A DNA stretch of 64,000 nucleotides from an uncultured Chloroflexia bacterium (GCA_963703575.1 CAVPEU010000015.1:19762-83761); one strand, 5' to 3'. Shown: positions 40,071-49,240, numbered from the stretch's first letter. Notes: generated by a model not told the origin, from the sequence alone. Translations and numbers: made by a program.

Positions 40071-41296
40071 GCTTCGCCGACCCCCCCGGATGTGATGTCC
40101 GCAGGCAGACCGTCATCGGCCGCCTCGTGCAGCTCCTGGCGCCTTCGCCGGCTCGGGAACAGGCCCTCGGGTCTCAGCAGCATCATCAGGACCAGGGCCA
40201 GCCCGTACAGCAGGTACTGGTAGTTGAGGAAGTTGATCGAACCCAGGTCGATCGTCATCGGACCCAGGCCGAACCTCGGGATGCCGAGGCCCTGCACGAA
40301 GTTGCCGAGCTGCTTGAGGCCCTGGCTCTGGATCTCGTAGATGATGAAGGCTCCGGCCATGACTCCCCAGATGTTGCCCATCCCCCCGAGCACGACCATC
40401 GCCAGCGCCGTGAACGACACCGTGAACCCGAACTGCTCGGGCGACACCGATGACAGCTTGGCGGCGAAGAAGACTCCCGCCAGGCCGGCCGTCGAGGCCC
40501 CGATCGAGAACGCGAGGAGCTTGGTGCTGACGGTGTTGATGCCCATGCTGGCCGCGGCCAGCTCGTCCTCCCGGATCGCCACCCAGGCCCGGCCGACCCG
40601 GGAATCCTGGAGCCGGTACAGGAGCATCGTGGCGACCGTGACGATCGCCAGGACCGTGACGTAGTACGGCCACGGGTTGGTGAACCCGAAGCCGTTGATG
40701 CCCAGGAACCCGTACAGGTTGGGCTGGGCGATGCTGGTGATCCCGTTCGTGCCGTTGGTGTACGGGTCGGCGTTGCGGAACACGACCGGCACGATCTCAC
40801 CGAACCCCAGGGTGACGATGGCCAGGTAGTCACCGCGCAGGCGCAGCGTGGGTGCGCCGAGAAGGAGGCCGAAGATCGCCGCCGAGAAGGCCCCGATCGG
40901 CAGCATCAGCCAGAACGGCGTGGCGAGACCCGAGTAGCCCGACGCGCCGTACGCCATGGTGTAGGCGCCGATCGCGAAGAACGCCGCATAGCCCAGGTCG
41001 AGCAGGCCCGCCAGGCCCACGACCACGTTGAGGCCCAGGGCGAGGAGCACGAACACGCCCGCGTCGGCAAAGCCGAACACGAAGTCGTTCTGGCGCCCGA
41101 AGCCGTTGAACGGCGGGACGATCGCCAGCACCGGCAGGACGACCATCACGAGGGCCATCGCGAACACGATCGTGGTCGACTGGTGGTGGCCGAAGAAGCC
41201 GCGGGCCACCTGTACGACCCGGCGCGCGCGCGCGCCGATGCCGCTTCTCCCGCTGCCCGCCGCCGGGGCTCCGGTCCGACCCCTCGAACCGCTCAT
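40067..41296 (-). CDS. livM: Branched-chain amino acid ABC transporter permease LivM
   Basis: 409-aa polytopic ORF, LivM-like (LLDLGYAAFFAIGAY, GDYLAIVTLGFGEI). Confidence 0.9.
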   Translation of the reverse strand: MSGSRGRTGAPAAGSGRSGIGARARRVVQVARGFFGHHQSTTIVFAMALVMVVLPVLAIVPPFNGFGRQNDFVFGFADAGVFVLLALGLNVVVGLAGLLDLGYAAFFAIGAYTMAYGASGYSGLATPFWLMLPIGAFSAAIFGLLLGAPTLRLRGDYLAIVTLGFGEIVPVVFRNADPYTNGTNGITSIAQPNLYGFLGINGFGFTNPWPYYVTVLAIVTVATMLLYRLQDSRVGRAWVAIREDELAAASMGINTVSTKLLAFSIGASTAGLAGVFFAAKLSSVSPEQFGFTVSFTALAMVVLGGMGNIWGVMAGAFIIYEIQSQGLKQLGNFVQGLGIPRFGLGPMTIDLGSINFLNYQYLLYGLALVLMMLLRPEGLFPSRRRRQELHEAADDGLPADITSGGVGEA

Positions 41297-42333
41297 GCTC
41301 GATCCGTCAGCTGCTGGCCGAGGATGCCCGTGGGTCGGAAGACGAGCACCAGGACCAGGGCGCCGAACACGGCGGCCTCGCTCCAGCGACCGTACCCGAA
41401 GACCGACGCCAGCACCTCGATGAAGCCGATCATGAACCCGCCGATCGCGGCTCCCGTCGTATTGCCGATCCCGCCCAGGACCGCTGCCGTGAACGCCTTG
41501 AGGCCGGCCTGGAAGCCGAGGTCGAACTTGCTGATGCCGAAGTACAGGCCCTGGACCACGCCGGCGGCCCCGGCCAGCGCCGAGCCGATGAAGAACGTGA
41601 GGGCGATGGTCGTGTTGATGTCCACGCCCATGAGCTCGGCCGCCTCACGGTCCATGGCCGTGGATCGCATGGCTCGACCGAGCCGGGTCCGGTTGATGAA
41701 CAGCTGCAGGGCGGCCATCAGCACAAGGGACAGCACGATCACGAACAGGTTGACCTCGCGGATCACGACCGGCCCGAACGTGAGCTCCGGATTGGGCATG
41801 ATCTGCGGGATGGTGACGATCGAGTTGCTGATCGTCACGTAGATGATGTTCTGCAGGATGAAGCTGACGCCGATGGCGGTGATCAGGGGCGCCAGTCGAG
41901 GCGCGTTGCGCAACGGCCGATACGCCAGCCGCTCGATCAGCACGCCCACCACGCCCATGACGAGCATCGACACCAGGAAGGCGACCACGAGGATGACCGC
42001 GAGCAGGATCGGGTCGCTGATCGCGCCGCTGAAGCCCAGGGTGGTCAGCAGCCACCACGACACGAAGGAGCCGACCATGAATATCTCGCCGTGGGCGAAG
42101 TTGATCAGCTCGATGATCCCGTACACCATCGTGTAGCCGAGCGCGATGAGCGCGTAGATCGCGCCGATGGTGAGCGCGTTGATGAACTGGTCCTGCGCCT
42201 GCGCTCCGGCGCCGATGATCATCAGCAGGTACGCGGCGACGAGGCTGGCCGCCACCCCGATCACTGCATTCCATCGACCCGCGCTCAGGCGTATCGATCT
42301 CGGGTTAGGTCCGGCCGCGGCGGCGGTGGTCAT
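41293..42333 (-). CDS. livH: Branched-chain amino acid ABC transporter permease LivH
   Basis: 346-aa polytopic ORF, LivH-like (YALIALGYTMVYGIIELINFAHGE). Confidence 0.9.
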   Translation of the reverse strand: MTTAAAAGPNPRSIRLSAGRWNAVIGVAASLVAAYLLMIIGAGAQAQDQFINALTIGAIYALIALGYTMVYGIIELINFAHGEIFMVGSFVSWWLLTTLGFSGAISDPILLAVILVVAFLVSMLVMGVVGVLIERLAYRPLRNAPRLAPLITAIGVSFILQNIIYVTISNSIVTIPQIMPNPELTFGPVVIREVNLFVIVLSLVLMAALQLFINRTRLGRAMRSTAMDREAAELMGVDINTTIALTFFIGSALAGAAGVVQGLYFGISKFDLGFQAGLKAFTAAVLGGIGNTTGAAIGGFMIGFIEVLASVFGYGRWSEAAVFGALVLVLVFRPTGILGQQLTDRA

Positions 42334-42453
42334 TCGGCCCTCATGGCTCCAGTGAGGTAACGCGGGGCAGGGGATCGCAGCCCTGCGACCGATCGTGGGA
42401 CATGGATGCCGGGGCGCTCGCGAGACGCGCGCCCCGGCATCGCACTCAGATCG

Positions 42454-43734
42454 CTACTTGACCGGATCCGCGGTGAAGTCGCGCTGCTTGAGGAACGCCC
42501 AGTCCTTCGTCGTCGGGTCGTACTTGTAGTACGAGATCGTGTGCTGGGTGGTGTCGCCGTTCGCATCGAAGCCGACCTTGCCGAGCACCGTGTCGTAGGT
42601 GTGGGTCGTGTCGGCGACGTACGCCCGGACCGCCTCGCGCAGCTGGGCGAGATCGGTCACGCCCGTGCCAACGGCCTTGAGTGCCTGCAGGAAGACCTGG
42701 GTGCACGCGTAGCCGGGGGCGCTGTAGGAACCGGGGTCGGTGTTGAACTTGGCCTTGTAGTCGGCCTTGAACTTGTCGGGGTTCGGGATGTCGTGGATGG
42801 CCGCGACGGTGCCGTAGGTGTTCATCGCACCATCCGGGCCGGCGACGTTGAGGAACGAACTGGCCGTGTCGGCCGAGCCGTCGACGATGCCGTCGCCACC
42901 GACCAGCGGGATGTTCGACAGGCCCTGCGTGGCCATCTGCTTGCGGAACAGGCCGATGCCCGAGGTCGTGACGCCGCCGTACATGATGATGCCCGGGTTG
43001 AGCCCCTTGGCCGTCGTCACGTAGCTCGTGAAGTCTGTCGTGGAGTCCGGCACGCCGTCGCGCTTGGCGATCGTGCCGCCGAACGTGGTGTACGCATCCG
43101 TGAAGCCGTCAACGAGGCCGACGCCGTAGGTCTGGGTGTCGTCGAGGGCGTAGGCCGTCTTCGCACCGGCGATGTTGTAGGCGATGTCGGCGGTGCCGGC
43201 GCCCTGGTTGTCGTCGGTCGTCGCCACGCGCACGTACGCGAGCTTGTCGGGGTTCGTCTGGCGCAACGCCTTGGCGGCGTCGCCCTTGGTCAGGCCCACG
43301 GCCGTGTTGGCCGGGCTGCACTGCATCAGGCCCGCGCCGTTGCCGACCGGGATCTCGGCCTGCGCGACGTTCGAGTTGTACGGGCCGACCACGAACAGCA
43401 CGGCCGGGTCGTTCGCCAGCGTCTGGATGTTCTTGGCGCCCTGGTTCGGGTCGTGCTTGCCGTTGAGGGCGTCGTCCTGCTGGTTGATCGTGACCGTGAA
43501 GCCGTCAACGGGGTTCTGCTCGACGGCGAGCTGGACGCCGTTCGCGGTCGGGACGCCGTTGGGCGCCTCGCCACCGCTCATCGGCAGCTCGATGCCGACC
43601 TTGACGGCCAGGCCCCCTCCTCCTCCGCCGCCAGTGGCGCTGCTGCCGCTGCTGGTAGCGGCCGGGGTGCTGCTGCACGCCGCGGCGATGATGGCCAACG
43701 CAGCCATGGCCGCGCCTACACGCGCGAACTTCAT
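42454..43734 (-). CDS. Branched-chain amino acid ABC transporter substrate-binding lipoprotein
   Basis: Start at MKFARVGAAMAALAIIAAACSS (lipobox) after GGAGGAGG. Type I periplasmic binding fold. Confidence 0.9.
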   Translation of the reverse strand: MKFARVGAAMAALAIIAAACSSTPAATSSGSSATGGGGGGGLAVKVGIELPMSGGEAPNGVPTANGVQLAVEQNPVDGFTVTINQQDDALNGKHDPNQGAKNIQTLANDPAVLFVVGPYNSNVAQAEIPVGNGAGLMQCSPANTAVGLTKGDAAKALRQTNPDKLAYVRVATTDDNQGAGTADIAYNIAGAKTAYALDDTQTYGVGLVDGFTDAYTTFGGTIAKRDGVPDSTTDFTSYVTTAKGLNPGIIMYGGVTTSGIGLFRKQMATQGLSNIPLVGGDGIVDGSADTASSFLNVAGPDGAMNTYGTVAAIHDIPNPDKFKADYKAKFNTDPGSYSAPGYACTQVFLQALKAVGTGVTDLAQLREAVRAYVADTTHTYDTVLGKVGFDANGDTTQHTISYYKYDPTTKDWAFLKQRDFTADPVK

Positions 43735-43902
43735 GAACGCCTCCTCCATTTCCCCTCGCCGATGCCCGGGAGCAGCCGATGCTCCCTGGCCGTGCCGACG
43801 TCCCTGATTGGCCGAGTAGGGAACGTCCTCGGCGCGGGGGTGACGGGAGCACGGGGCGAGAGACCCATTCGCCCCGCAGCGATGGCGGCGGAGCGATGCC
43901 GT

Positions 43903-43930
43903 ATCATAGGCATCAGCGACACGGATGCAA
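43903..43930 (-). promoter_or_regulatory. Candidate promoter TTGCAT-N16-TATGAT for the liv operon
   Basis: Minus strand reads cTTGCATccgtgtcgctgatgccTATGATacgg, about 170 nt upstream of the binding-protein ATG. Confidence 0.35.
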
Positions 43931-44083
43931 GGTGTCGCCGTTTGCTCCGGGATGGCTGTCGAGCCTCGAGTCGCTCGCCTCCCGGCCCCTGAACCGGCGG
44001 CGAGGCGTGGCCGCCCCCTCCGATCCCATCGGGACGGGAGCATCGCGCATCGACCGCTCGCTGTACGAGGTTCGCGCATCGGC

Positions 44084-44545
44084 GTGGAGTACCAGGTAAG
44101 ACCGGCACGCATCACCGACATCGATCGCCTGACCGCCATCGGCCACGCGTCGCTCCCGGGAGCCGGTCGCGGGTCGCTCGATGCCGCCGGCCTGCTTCGT
44201 CAGCTCGTCTACTTGCCGAACGCGAGCCTGGTCGTCGCCGAGGCGCGACGGGAGCTCGTGGGCGGGGCGCTGCTCGTCCTGCGTCCGTCGGTCGTGTCCG
44301 GCGGCTACGTCGGGACGATCGACCTCCTGATCGTCGCCCCTGGCCACGACGCGGATCGCGTGACGGCCGTACTCCTGGAGGAGCTCCTCCGCTCGGCGAG
44401 CAACAAGGGTTGCTCGACCGTCGAGGCGACGGAGCCTTCCGATCCCGCGGATCTCGCCCGCCTCGAGCAGGCCGGGTTCGCTCCCGCCGGACCGACGCTC
44501 CGGCGACCCGTCGCGGCGGCCGGCTCGTCCGCTCGTCGCACCTAG
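44084..44545 (+). CDS. GNAT-family N-acetyltransferase
   Basis: IDLLIVAPGHDADRVTAVLLEELL is motif-A-like. The GTG start at 44084 is a guess within the 43925..44545 ORF. Confidence 0.6.
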   Translation: MEYQVRPARITDIDRLTAIGHASLPGAGRGSLDAAGLLRQLVYLPNASLVVAEARRELVGGALLVLRPSVVSGGYVGTIDLLIVAPGHDADRVTAVLLEELLRSASNKGCSTVEATEPSDPADLARLEQAGFAPAGPTLRRPVAAAGSSARRT

Positions 44546-44596
44546 CGCCCCGGGCAGCCGGATGGTCCCGGACCGCCCATCAACATAGGAGTCAAC

Positions 44597-45913
44597 GTGA
44601 GCAAGAATGTCGCCGTCTTCGTGGACGTGGCGAACATCTTCTACGCGGCCAAGGCGGCCGGCGTGGACATCGACTACGTCACGCTGCTGAAGTCGGCCAC
44701 CGCCGGGCGTGACTTCGTCCGCGCGTACGCCTACACCGGGCTCGACCCGGAGAACGAGAACCAGCGCAACTTCCACCAGTTCCTGGCCCGCCACAACTAC
44801 AAGGTGGTGAGCAAGGACATCCGCAAGTACGGCGACGGCAGGGTCAAGGCGAACCTCGACATCGAGCTGGTCGTGGACATGATGAAGACGGCGCGCAACC
44901 TCGACATCGCCGTCGTCGTGTCCGGGGACGGCGACTTCGCCTCCGCGATCCGCGCCGTCCAGGAGATGGGCGTGCGGGTCGAGGTGATCAGCTTCCGTGG
45001 CAACACGTCGTCGGACCTGATCGAGGTCGCCGACCTGTTCACGGACATCACCCAGATCGCCAAGGTGGACAAGGGGTCCACGCGCTCGGGCCGTCGCGTT
45101 GCGGATGACGAGGAGGACCTGTCGATGACCGAGGTCCCCGAGAAGCAGTCCGAGGGCACCGGTCGCGGCCGCGGTCGCGGCCGGGGTCGCGGCCGGATCG
45201 AGCGCGAGGGGACGCCGGTCGCGGCATCGTCGCGCCGCGCGGGCCGGAGCGCCGACGTGGCGAGTCCGGCCATCGTTGCGGCCGCCGCCGGCGGGGGCCT
45301 GATCGCGCTGCCGGGCGAGAAGCTGTCCCGGGCGGCCGCCGCGCCGGTCGCCGGCGGGGACGTCGTCGAGGAGGCGGCCGAGATCGACGTGGTCCGCGCC
45401 GCCGAGGGCGGCGAGGGCGAGGCCGGGGAGGCTCGTCGACGTCGCCGACGCCGGGGCGGCCGCGGCCGGGCCACGGCCGGCACGAGGGCGTCGACGTCAT
45501 CGAGGGCGAGGAGGTCGAGGCCACCGCGGGCGAGGCCGTCGAGGCCGTCGAGGCCGAGGCGCCCGCAGCGCGTCCGGCGCGCACACCGTCGGGTGACCTG
45601 CCGACGCCGTTCGACGACCTGGACCTGCTCCAGTCGTCCCGCCCGGCGCCCAGGTCCACTCCGTTCGGATCCGTCTGGGATCGCCAGCTCGGCACCCCGG
45701 CGCCACGTCCGGCCGCCGGCGGCCCGGCGCCGCTCCCTGATGAGGAGGAGGACCTCGAGGAGCCGGAGATCCCGGAGTACCTCATCGCGGAACAGCGGCG
45801 CGGCAACCAGGCCCGCGGCAACCAGGGCCGCGGCGGCCGGGGTGGCGCGCGAAGCGCCTATGCGGCAGCGGTCGACCGCGAGCGCTACGGGGGCGGTCGT
45901 GGCACCACCATGA
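44597..45913 (+). CDS. NYN (LabA/DUF88) domain protein; the 3' third of this frame looks out of frame (probable frameshift)
   Basis: VAVFVDVANIFYAAK, DIELVVDMM and VVVSGDGDFASAI form the NYN core, followed by an RG-rich linker. After about 45470 the codon pattern is non-coding-like. Confidence 0.75.
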   Translation: MSKNVAVFVDVANIFYAAKAAGVDIDYVTLLKSATAGRDFVRAYAYTGLDPENENQRNFHQFLARHNYKVVSKDIRKYGDGRVKANLDIELVVDMMKTARNLDIAVVVSGDGDFASAIRAVQEMGVRVEVISFRGNTSSDLIEVADLFTDITQIAKVDKGSTRSGRRVADDEEDLSMTEVPEKQSEGTGRGRGRGRGRGRIEREGTPVAASSRRAGRSADVASPAIVAAAAGGGLIALPGEKLSRAAAAPVAGGDVVEEAAEIDVVRAAEGGEGEAGEARRRRRRRGGRGRATAGTRASTSSRARRSRPPRARPSRPSRPRRPQRVRRAHRRVTCRRRSTTWTCSSRPARRPGPLRSDPSGIASSAPRRHVRPPAARRRSLMRRRTSRSRRSRSTSSRNSGAATRPAATRAAAAGVAREAPMRQRSTASATGAVVAPP

Positions 45914-46563
45914 GCCGGTACGCGGAGCCAAGCCGACGCACGGGCGCCGGTGGCGGCGCCGGTGGCGGCGGCGCCATGGGCGGTGGGCGCGGCGGCCAGC
46001 AGCCGTCGCGCGGGCCGCGCCCGGATCGCCCCGAGCGTCCGGATCGCCCCGAGCGATACGACCGGGCACCGCGGACCGGCGGCAGCGCCGAGCCGTGGAG
46101 CGAGGTCCCGCCGGAGCTCGAGGAGCTGCTCCGCGCGCAGATGGCCAAGGGCCGGCCGGTCGAGGCTCGGGCCGGCGAGCCCGTCGCCGAGGCGGCCGCC
46201 GAGGCCCCGAAGCGCCGGACGACCCGGAGCCGGGCCGCTTCGACGGCACCGGCCGCCGAGCCTCTCGCCGAGCCCGTCGCCGAGGCGGCCGCCGAGGCCC
46301 CGAAGCGCCGGACGACCCGGAGCCGGGCCGCGGCACCGGCGCCCGTCGCCGAGTCGGCGACCCAGGCCGGGACCGCCGAGCCTCTGGCCGAGCCCGTCGC
46401 CGGGACCGCCGAGCCCGAGGCCCCGAAGCGCCGGACGACCCGGAGCCGGGCCGCGGCACCGGCGCCCGTCGCCGAGTCGGCGACCCAGGCCGGGACCGCC
46501 GAGCCCGAGGCCCCGAAGCGCCGGACGACCCGGCGCAAGGTCGCGGATTCGGCCGAGGGCTGA
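45910..46563 (+). CDS. Repeat-rich Ala/Pro/Arg protein; probably the C-terminal continuation of the NYN gene
   Basis: ORF as listed in the track. Its frame is open and coding-like from about 45470 but has no ATG, GTG or TTG before 45910. Confidence 0.55.
   Translation: MSRYAEPSRRTGAGGGAGGGGAMGGGRGGQQPSRGPRPDRPERPDRPERYDRAPRTGGSAEPWSEVPPELEELLRAQMAKGRPVEARAGEPVAEAAAEAPKRRTTRSRAASTAPAAEPLAEPVAEAAAEAPKRRTTRSRAAAPAPVAESATQAGTAEPLAEPVAGTAEPEAPKRRTTRSRAAAPAPVAESATQAGTAEPEAPKRRTTRRKVADSAEG
46177..46540 (+). repeat. In-frame tandem repeats (periods about 93, 120 and 90 bp) encoding four copies of EAPKRRTTRSRAA
   Basis: gaggccccgaagcgccggacgacccgg recurs at 46201, 46294, 46417 and 46507. Blocks of 60 or more nt are identical at 46321 and 46441. 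Confidence 0.85.
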
Positions 46564-46591
46564 GCGCCCCGGTTACCTTCGCCCCGCCGCC

Positions 46592-47830
46592 GTGGACGGC
46601 TTCCTGACCGTCGGCCAGCCGGTCGCGGTCGCGGCCGTCCACGCGATGCTGGGCTCCAACGTCCCGCACGCGGTGCTCCTCACGGGGCCCGCATCGGTGG
46701 GCAAGCTGTCGCTCGCCCTGGACCTCGCGGCCGCGCTGCTGTGCACCGGGGCGACCGGGAGTGCCCGGCCGTGCCGGACGTGCCGGGGCTGCCGCATGGT
46801 CGAGCACGGCAACCATGCGGACGTCCACCTCCTGGTTCCCGGGGGGCCGGGCGGGCAGATCCGGATCGGGGACCGCGACCATCCCGAGCCGGGGACGGTA
46901 CGCGGGCTCCTGCGCGAGCTCGCGCTGCTCCCCGTCGAGGGCGGTGAGCGAGTCGCGATCATCCGCGACGCGCAGCGCATGAACGAGGACGCCCAGTCCG
47001 CGTTCCTCAAGACGCTCGAGGAGCCGCCCGCCGGCGTCACGCTCATCCTCCTCGCCGACGACGAGGACCGGCTCCTGCCCACCGTCCGGTCGCGCTGCGC
47101 GCGGGTGCGCCTCGGCGCCGTCGGCGTGCGCGACGTGGAACGCCTCCTGGCGTCGCAGGGCCTTGCCGACCCGCCCACCGCGGCACGCCTCGCCCGGCTG
47201 TCGGCGGGTCGGTCCGGGCTCGCGGTGGCCTACGCGAGCGCTCCCGAGGCGGAGGTGATCCGGGGCGAGCTCACGCGGACGCTCCTCGACCTCCTCGGCC
47301 GGAGCCGCGCCGCGCGCCTGGGGGCGGCCAGGGACCTCGTCGGGCGAGCGGGCGCGCTCGCGGCGCTGCTGGCGCCCGCCCTCGAGGGGTCGACGGAGAG
47401 CCCGAAGCGGCGGGGACGAGGCGCGAAGGCGCCGGGCTCGGTCCGGCCGCCCGCGGCGGCGGACGACCGTGCGTCGGCCGGCGACGGGGAGGCGGGCGCC
47501 ACCCAGCCGGCCGCGGATGCGGCTCCCGACGAGGCCGCGTCCCGCGTCCCGGCGGCCGAGCGTCGTCGCGCGCTGGCGGTGCTCCTCGACGCGTGGCGGG
47601 ATCTCGCGCGGGACCTGGCCCTCGCGCAGGCCGGATCCGTCGCCGAGGCCCGCCAGACGGCGCTGCTCGAGGAGCTGGAGGCAGCCGCCCGCGGCCTGCC
47701 GTCCGGCGCCGCGGCGGGGGCGCTCGCACGCATCGTCCGCGCTGGCGAGCTCCTGGACGCCAACGTCAGCCCGGAGCTCCTGCTCGACGTGCTGCTGCTC
47801 CGCTGGCCGCGCCTCGAGGGCGCGGCGTGA
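46592..47830 (+). CDS. holB: DNA polymerase III subunit delta'
   Basis: HAVLLTGPASVGKLSLA, CRTCRGC, NEDAQSAFLKTLEEPP, TVRSRC. GTG start at 46592 within the 45950..47830 ORF. Confidence 0.85.
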   Translation: MDGFLTVGQPVAVAAVHAMLGSNVPHAVLLTGPASVGKLSLALDLAAALLCTGATGSARPCRTCRGCRMVEHGNHADVHLLVPGGPGGQIRIGDRDHPEPGTVRGLLRELALLPVEGGERVAIIRDAQRMNEDAQSAFLKTLEEPPAGVTLILLADDEDRLLPTVRSRCARVRLGAVGVRDVERLLASQGLADPPTAARLARLSAGRSGLAVAYASAPEAEVIRGELTRTLLDLLGRSRAARLGAARDLVGRAGALAALLAPALEGSTESPKRRGRGAKAPGSVRPPAAADDRASAGDGEAGATQPAADAAPDEAASRVPAAERRRALAVLLDAWRDLARDLALAQAGSVAEARQTALLEELEAAARGLPSGAAAGALARIVRAGELLDANVSPELLLDVLLLRWPRLEGAA

Positions 47831-48141
47831 CGGGCGCGTCCGGAGCCGCTCGCGTCCGCCTGGAGGCGAGGGTCCGTGGTCGCGTCCAGGGCGTGGGCTA
47901 CCGCGTGTTCGCGCTTCGCGAAGCGTCCCGGCTGGGGCTCGGCGGGTTCGTCGCGAACGAGGCGGACGGAAGCGTGCGCGTCGTCGCCGAGGGAGAGCGC
48001 GCGGACCTCGAGGCGCTGCTCGAGCGGCTCGAGGAAGGGCCTCCGGCCGGATTCGTGGACCGCGTCATCACGCGCTGGGAGCCGGCCCGGGGCATCGGGT
48101 CCGGGTTCCGCATCGCCAGCGGTGCCCACCGGGGCGACTGA
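47827..48141 (+). CDS. acyP: Acylphosphatase
   Basis: RVRGRVQGVGYRVFA and GFVANEADGSVRVVAEG. GTGA overlap with holB. Confidence 0.85.
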   Translation: MTGASGAARVRLEARVRGRVQGVGYRVFALREASRLGLGGFVANEADGSVRVVAEGERADLEALLERLEEGPPAGFVDRVITRWEPARGIGSGFRIASGAHRGD

Positions 48142-48230
48142 GCCAGGGCCCATGGGCATTCCCCCGCCTGCTCGCGGCACGCGCCCCCGCGGCACGGCGG
48201 GCCCGCGGCACGCGCCCCCGCGGCACGCGC

Positions 48231-48310
48231 CGGTGATGCACACGTGGATCAGGACGACGAGTTCGCCGCACGGTGATCCACGCCTGGATCAGGATGACGA
48301 TGTCCCCGCA
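48231..48310. repeat. 2 x 40-bp tandem repeat, each unit carrying an 18-bp palindrome
   Basis: cggtgatgcacacgtggatcaggacgacgagttcgccgca followed by cggtgatccacgcctggatcaggatgacgatgtccccgca. Palindromes at 48234-48251 and 48274-48291. Confidence 0.75.
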
Positions 48311-48368
48311 CGGCTCGCCCGCCAAACCCCGGGTTCGGCCCCCGGGCCACGCTCGGGGACCGCCCGGT

Positions 48369-48386
48369 TGATCCACACGTGAATGA
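48369..48386. repeat. Third, degenerate copy of the 18-bp palindrome (TGATCCACACGTGAATGA)
   Basis: Direct reading of the sequence. Confidence 0.6.
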
Positions 48387-48588
48387 GGGCCGGGGGACGG
48401 TGACCGGGGGATGGAGCCCGCGGGATCGGGCCCCAGGGGACCGGGGCCCGTGGGATGGGGCCCGGGGACACACCCGGGTCGAACCGGCGCGGCCCGGTGC
48501 CCGCGCGCACCTCCCCGGACTCCTGCCGGACCGGGCTGGGACGACCCGCCCATTCCCCCCGTGGGTGCCCGCGCGCACCCTTTGACCC

Positions 48589-48849
48589 ATGGACGACCGG
48601 ATCCCGGCGGAGGAGCTGCCCCACCTCTACCGAGCCGTGCTCGACACCGTCTCACGACTCGAGCACCTCGGCGAGCGCGAGCTCGCATGGCGGATCCGGC
48701 AGGACGCCCTGAAGGTGTACTCGACGCGCTGGGACGAGCGCGGGCGTCGTTCCCTCGAGCGGCTCAACCGCGAGGCACAGCGGGGCGTCGCCGCATCGCG
48801 ACGCGCGGCCGAAGGGGCGGCCCTCAGGACGAGGATCGAACCCGCCTGA
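48589..48849 (+). CDS. Hypothetical 86-aa helical protein
   Basis: Coding-like codon pattern (low GC at position 2, high at position 3). No obvious Shine-Dalgarno sequence. Confidence 0.55.
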   Translation: MDDRIPAEELPHLYRAVLDTVSRLEHLGERELAWRIRQDALKVYSTRWDERGRRSLERLNREAQRGVAASRRAAEGAALRTRIEPA

Positions 48850-48904
48850 GCCGCGGATTCGCGCCCGGCGCGAGGGCGGCACGCGGGCGGCACAACGCCG
48901 GCGC

Positions 48905-49240
48905 GTGCCCGACCGGCGGCGTACGCTGCGGGGGATGCCCGCCCCGACCCTCATCGCCACCCTGATCGACCGCGCCCTCGCGGGCTTCGACGCGCTCGCC
49001 GGGACGGCCGGGCCCGTGACCGAGGAGTGGCAGTACGTGACCGACCTGGGGACCGTTTGGCGGGCGCGCCTGCGGGCGGTCGCGCAGGCGCGCGGCGCGG
49101 AGGAGGCTCCGGCCGGCGCGGAGGAGGCGCTGGATGCCCTGGTCGTGGAGACGGGGCGAATCACCGACCCCCACCGCGCGATCGACTGGCTGTCCACGCT
49201 GCCGCAGGTCGCGCTGGCCGCACTGGGCGAGGCCGGCTGA
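48905..49240 (+). CDS. Hypothetical protein (alternative ATG at 48935)
   Basis: ORF whose stop overlaps the next gene's start by 1 nt (the A of TGA is the A of ATG). Confidence 0.5.
   Translation: MPDRRRTLRGMPAPTLIATLIDRALAGFDALAGTAGPVTEEWQYVTDLGTVWRARLRAVAQARGAEEAPAGAEEALDALVVETGRITDPHRAIDWLSTLPQVALAALGEAG

Noticed and set aside
48234-48291. parS sites (TGTTTCACGTGAAACA-like)
   Set aside because: The palindrome carries a 2-nt central spacer and the arms differ (GATCCAC versus GTTTCAC). No parAB genes are nearby.
48170-48310. CRISPR array
   Set aside because: The repeats are contiguous or nearly so, with no unique spacers of 25-40 bp. There are only 2-4 degenerate units and no cas genes.
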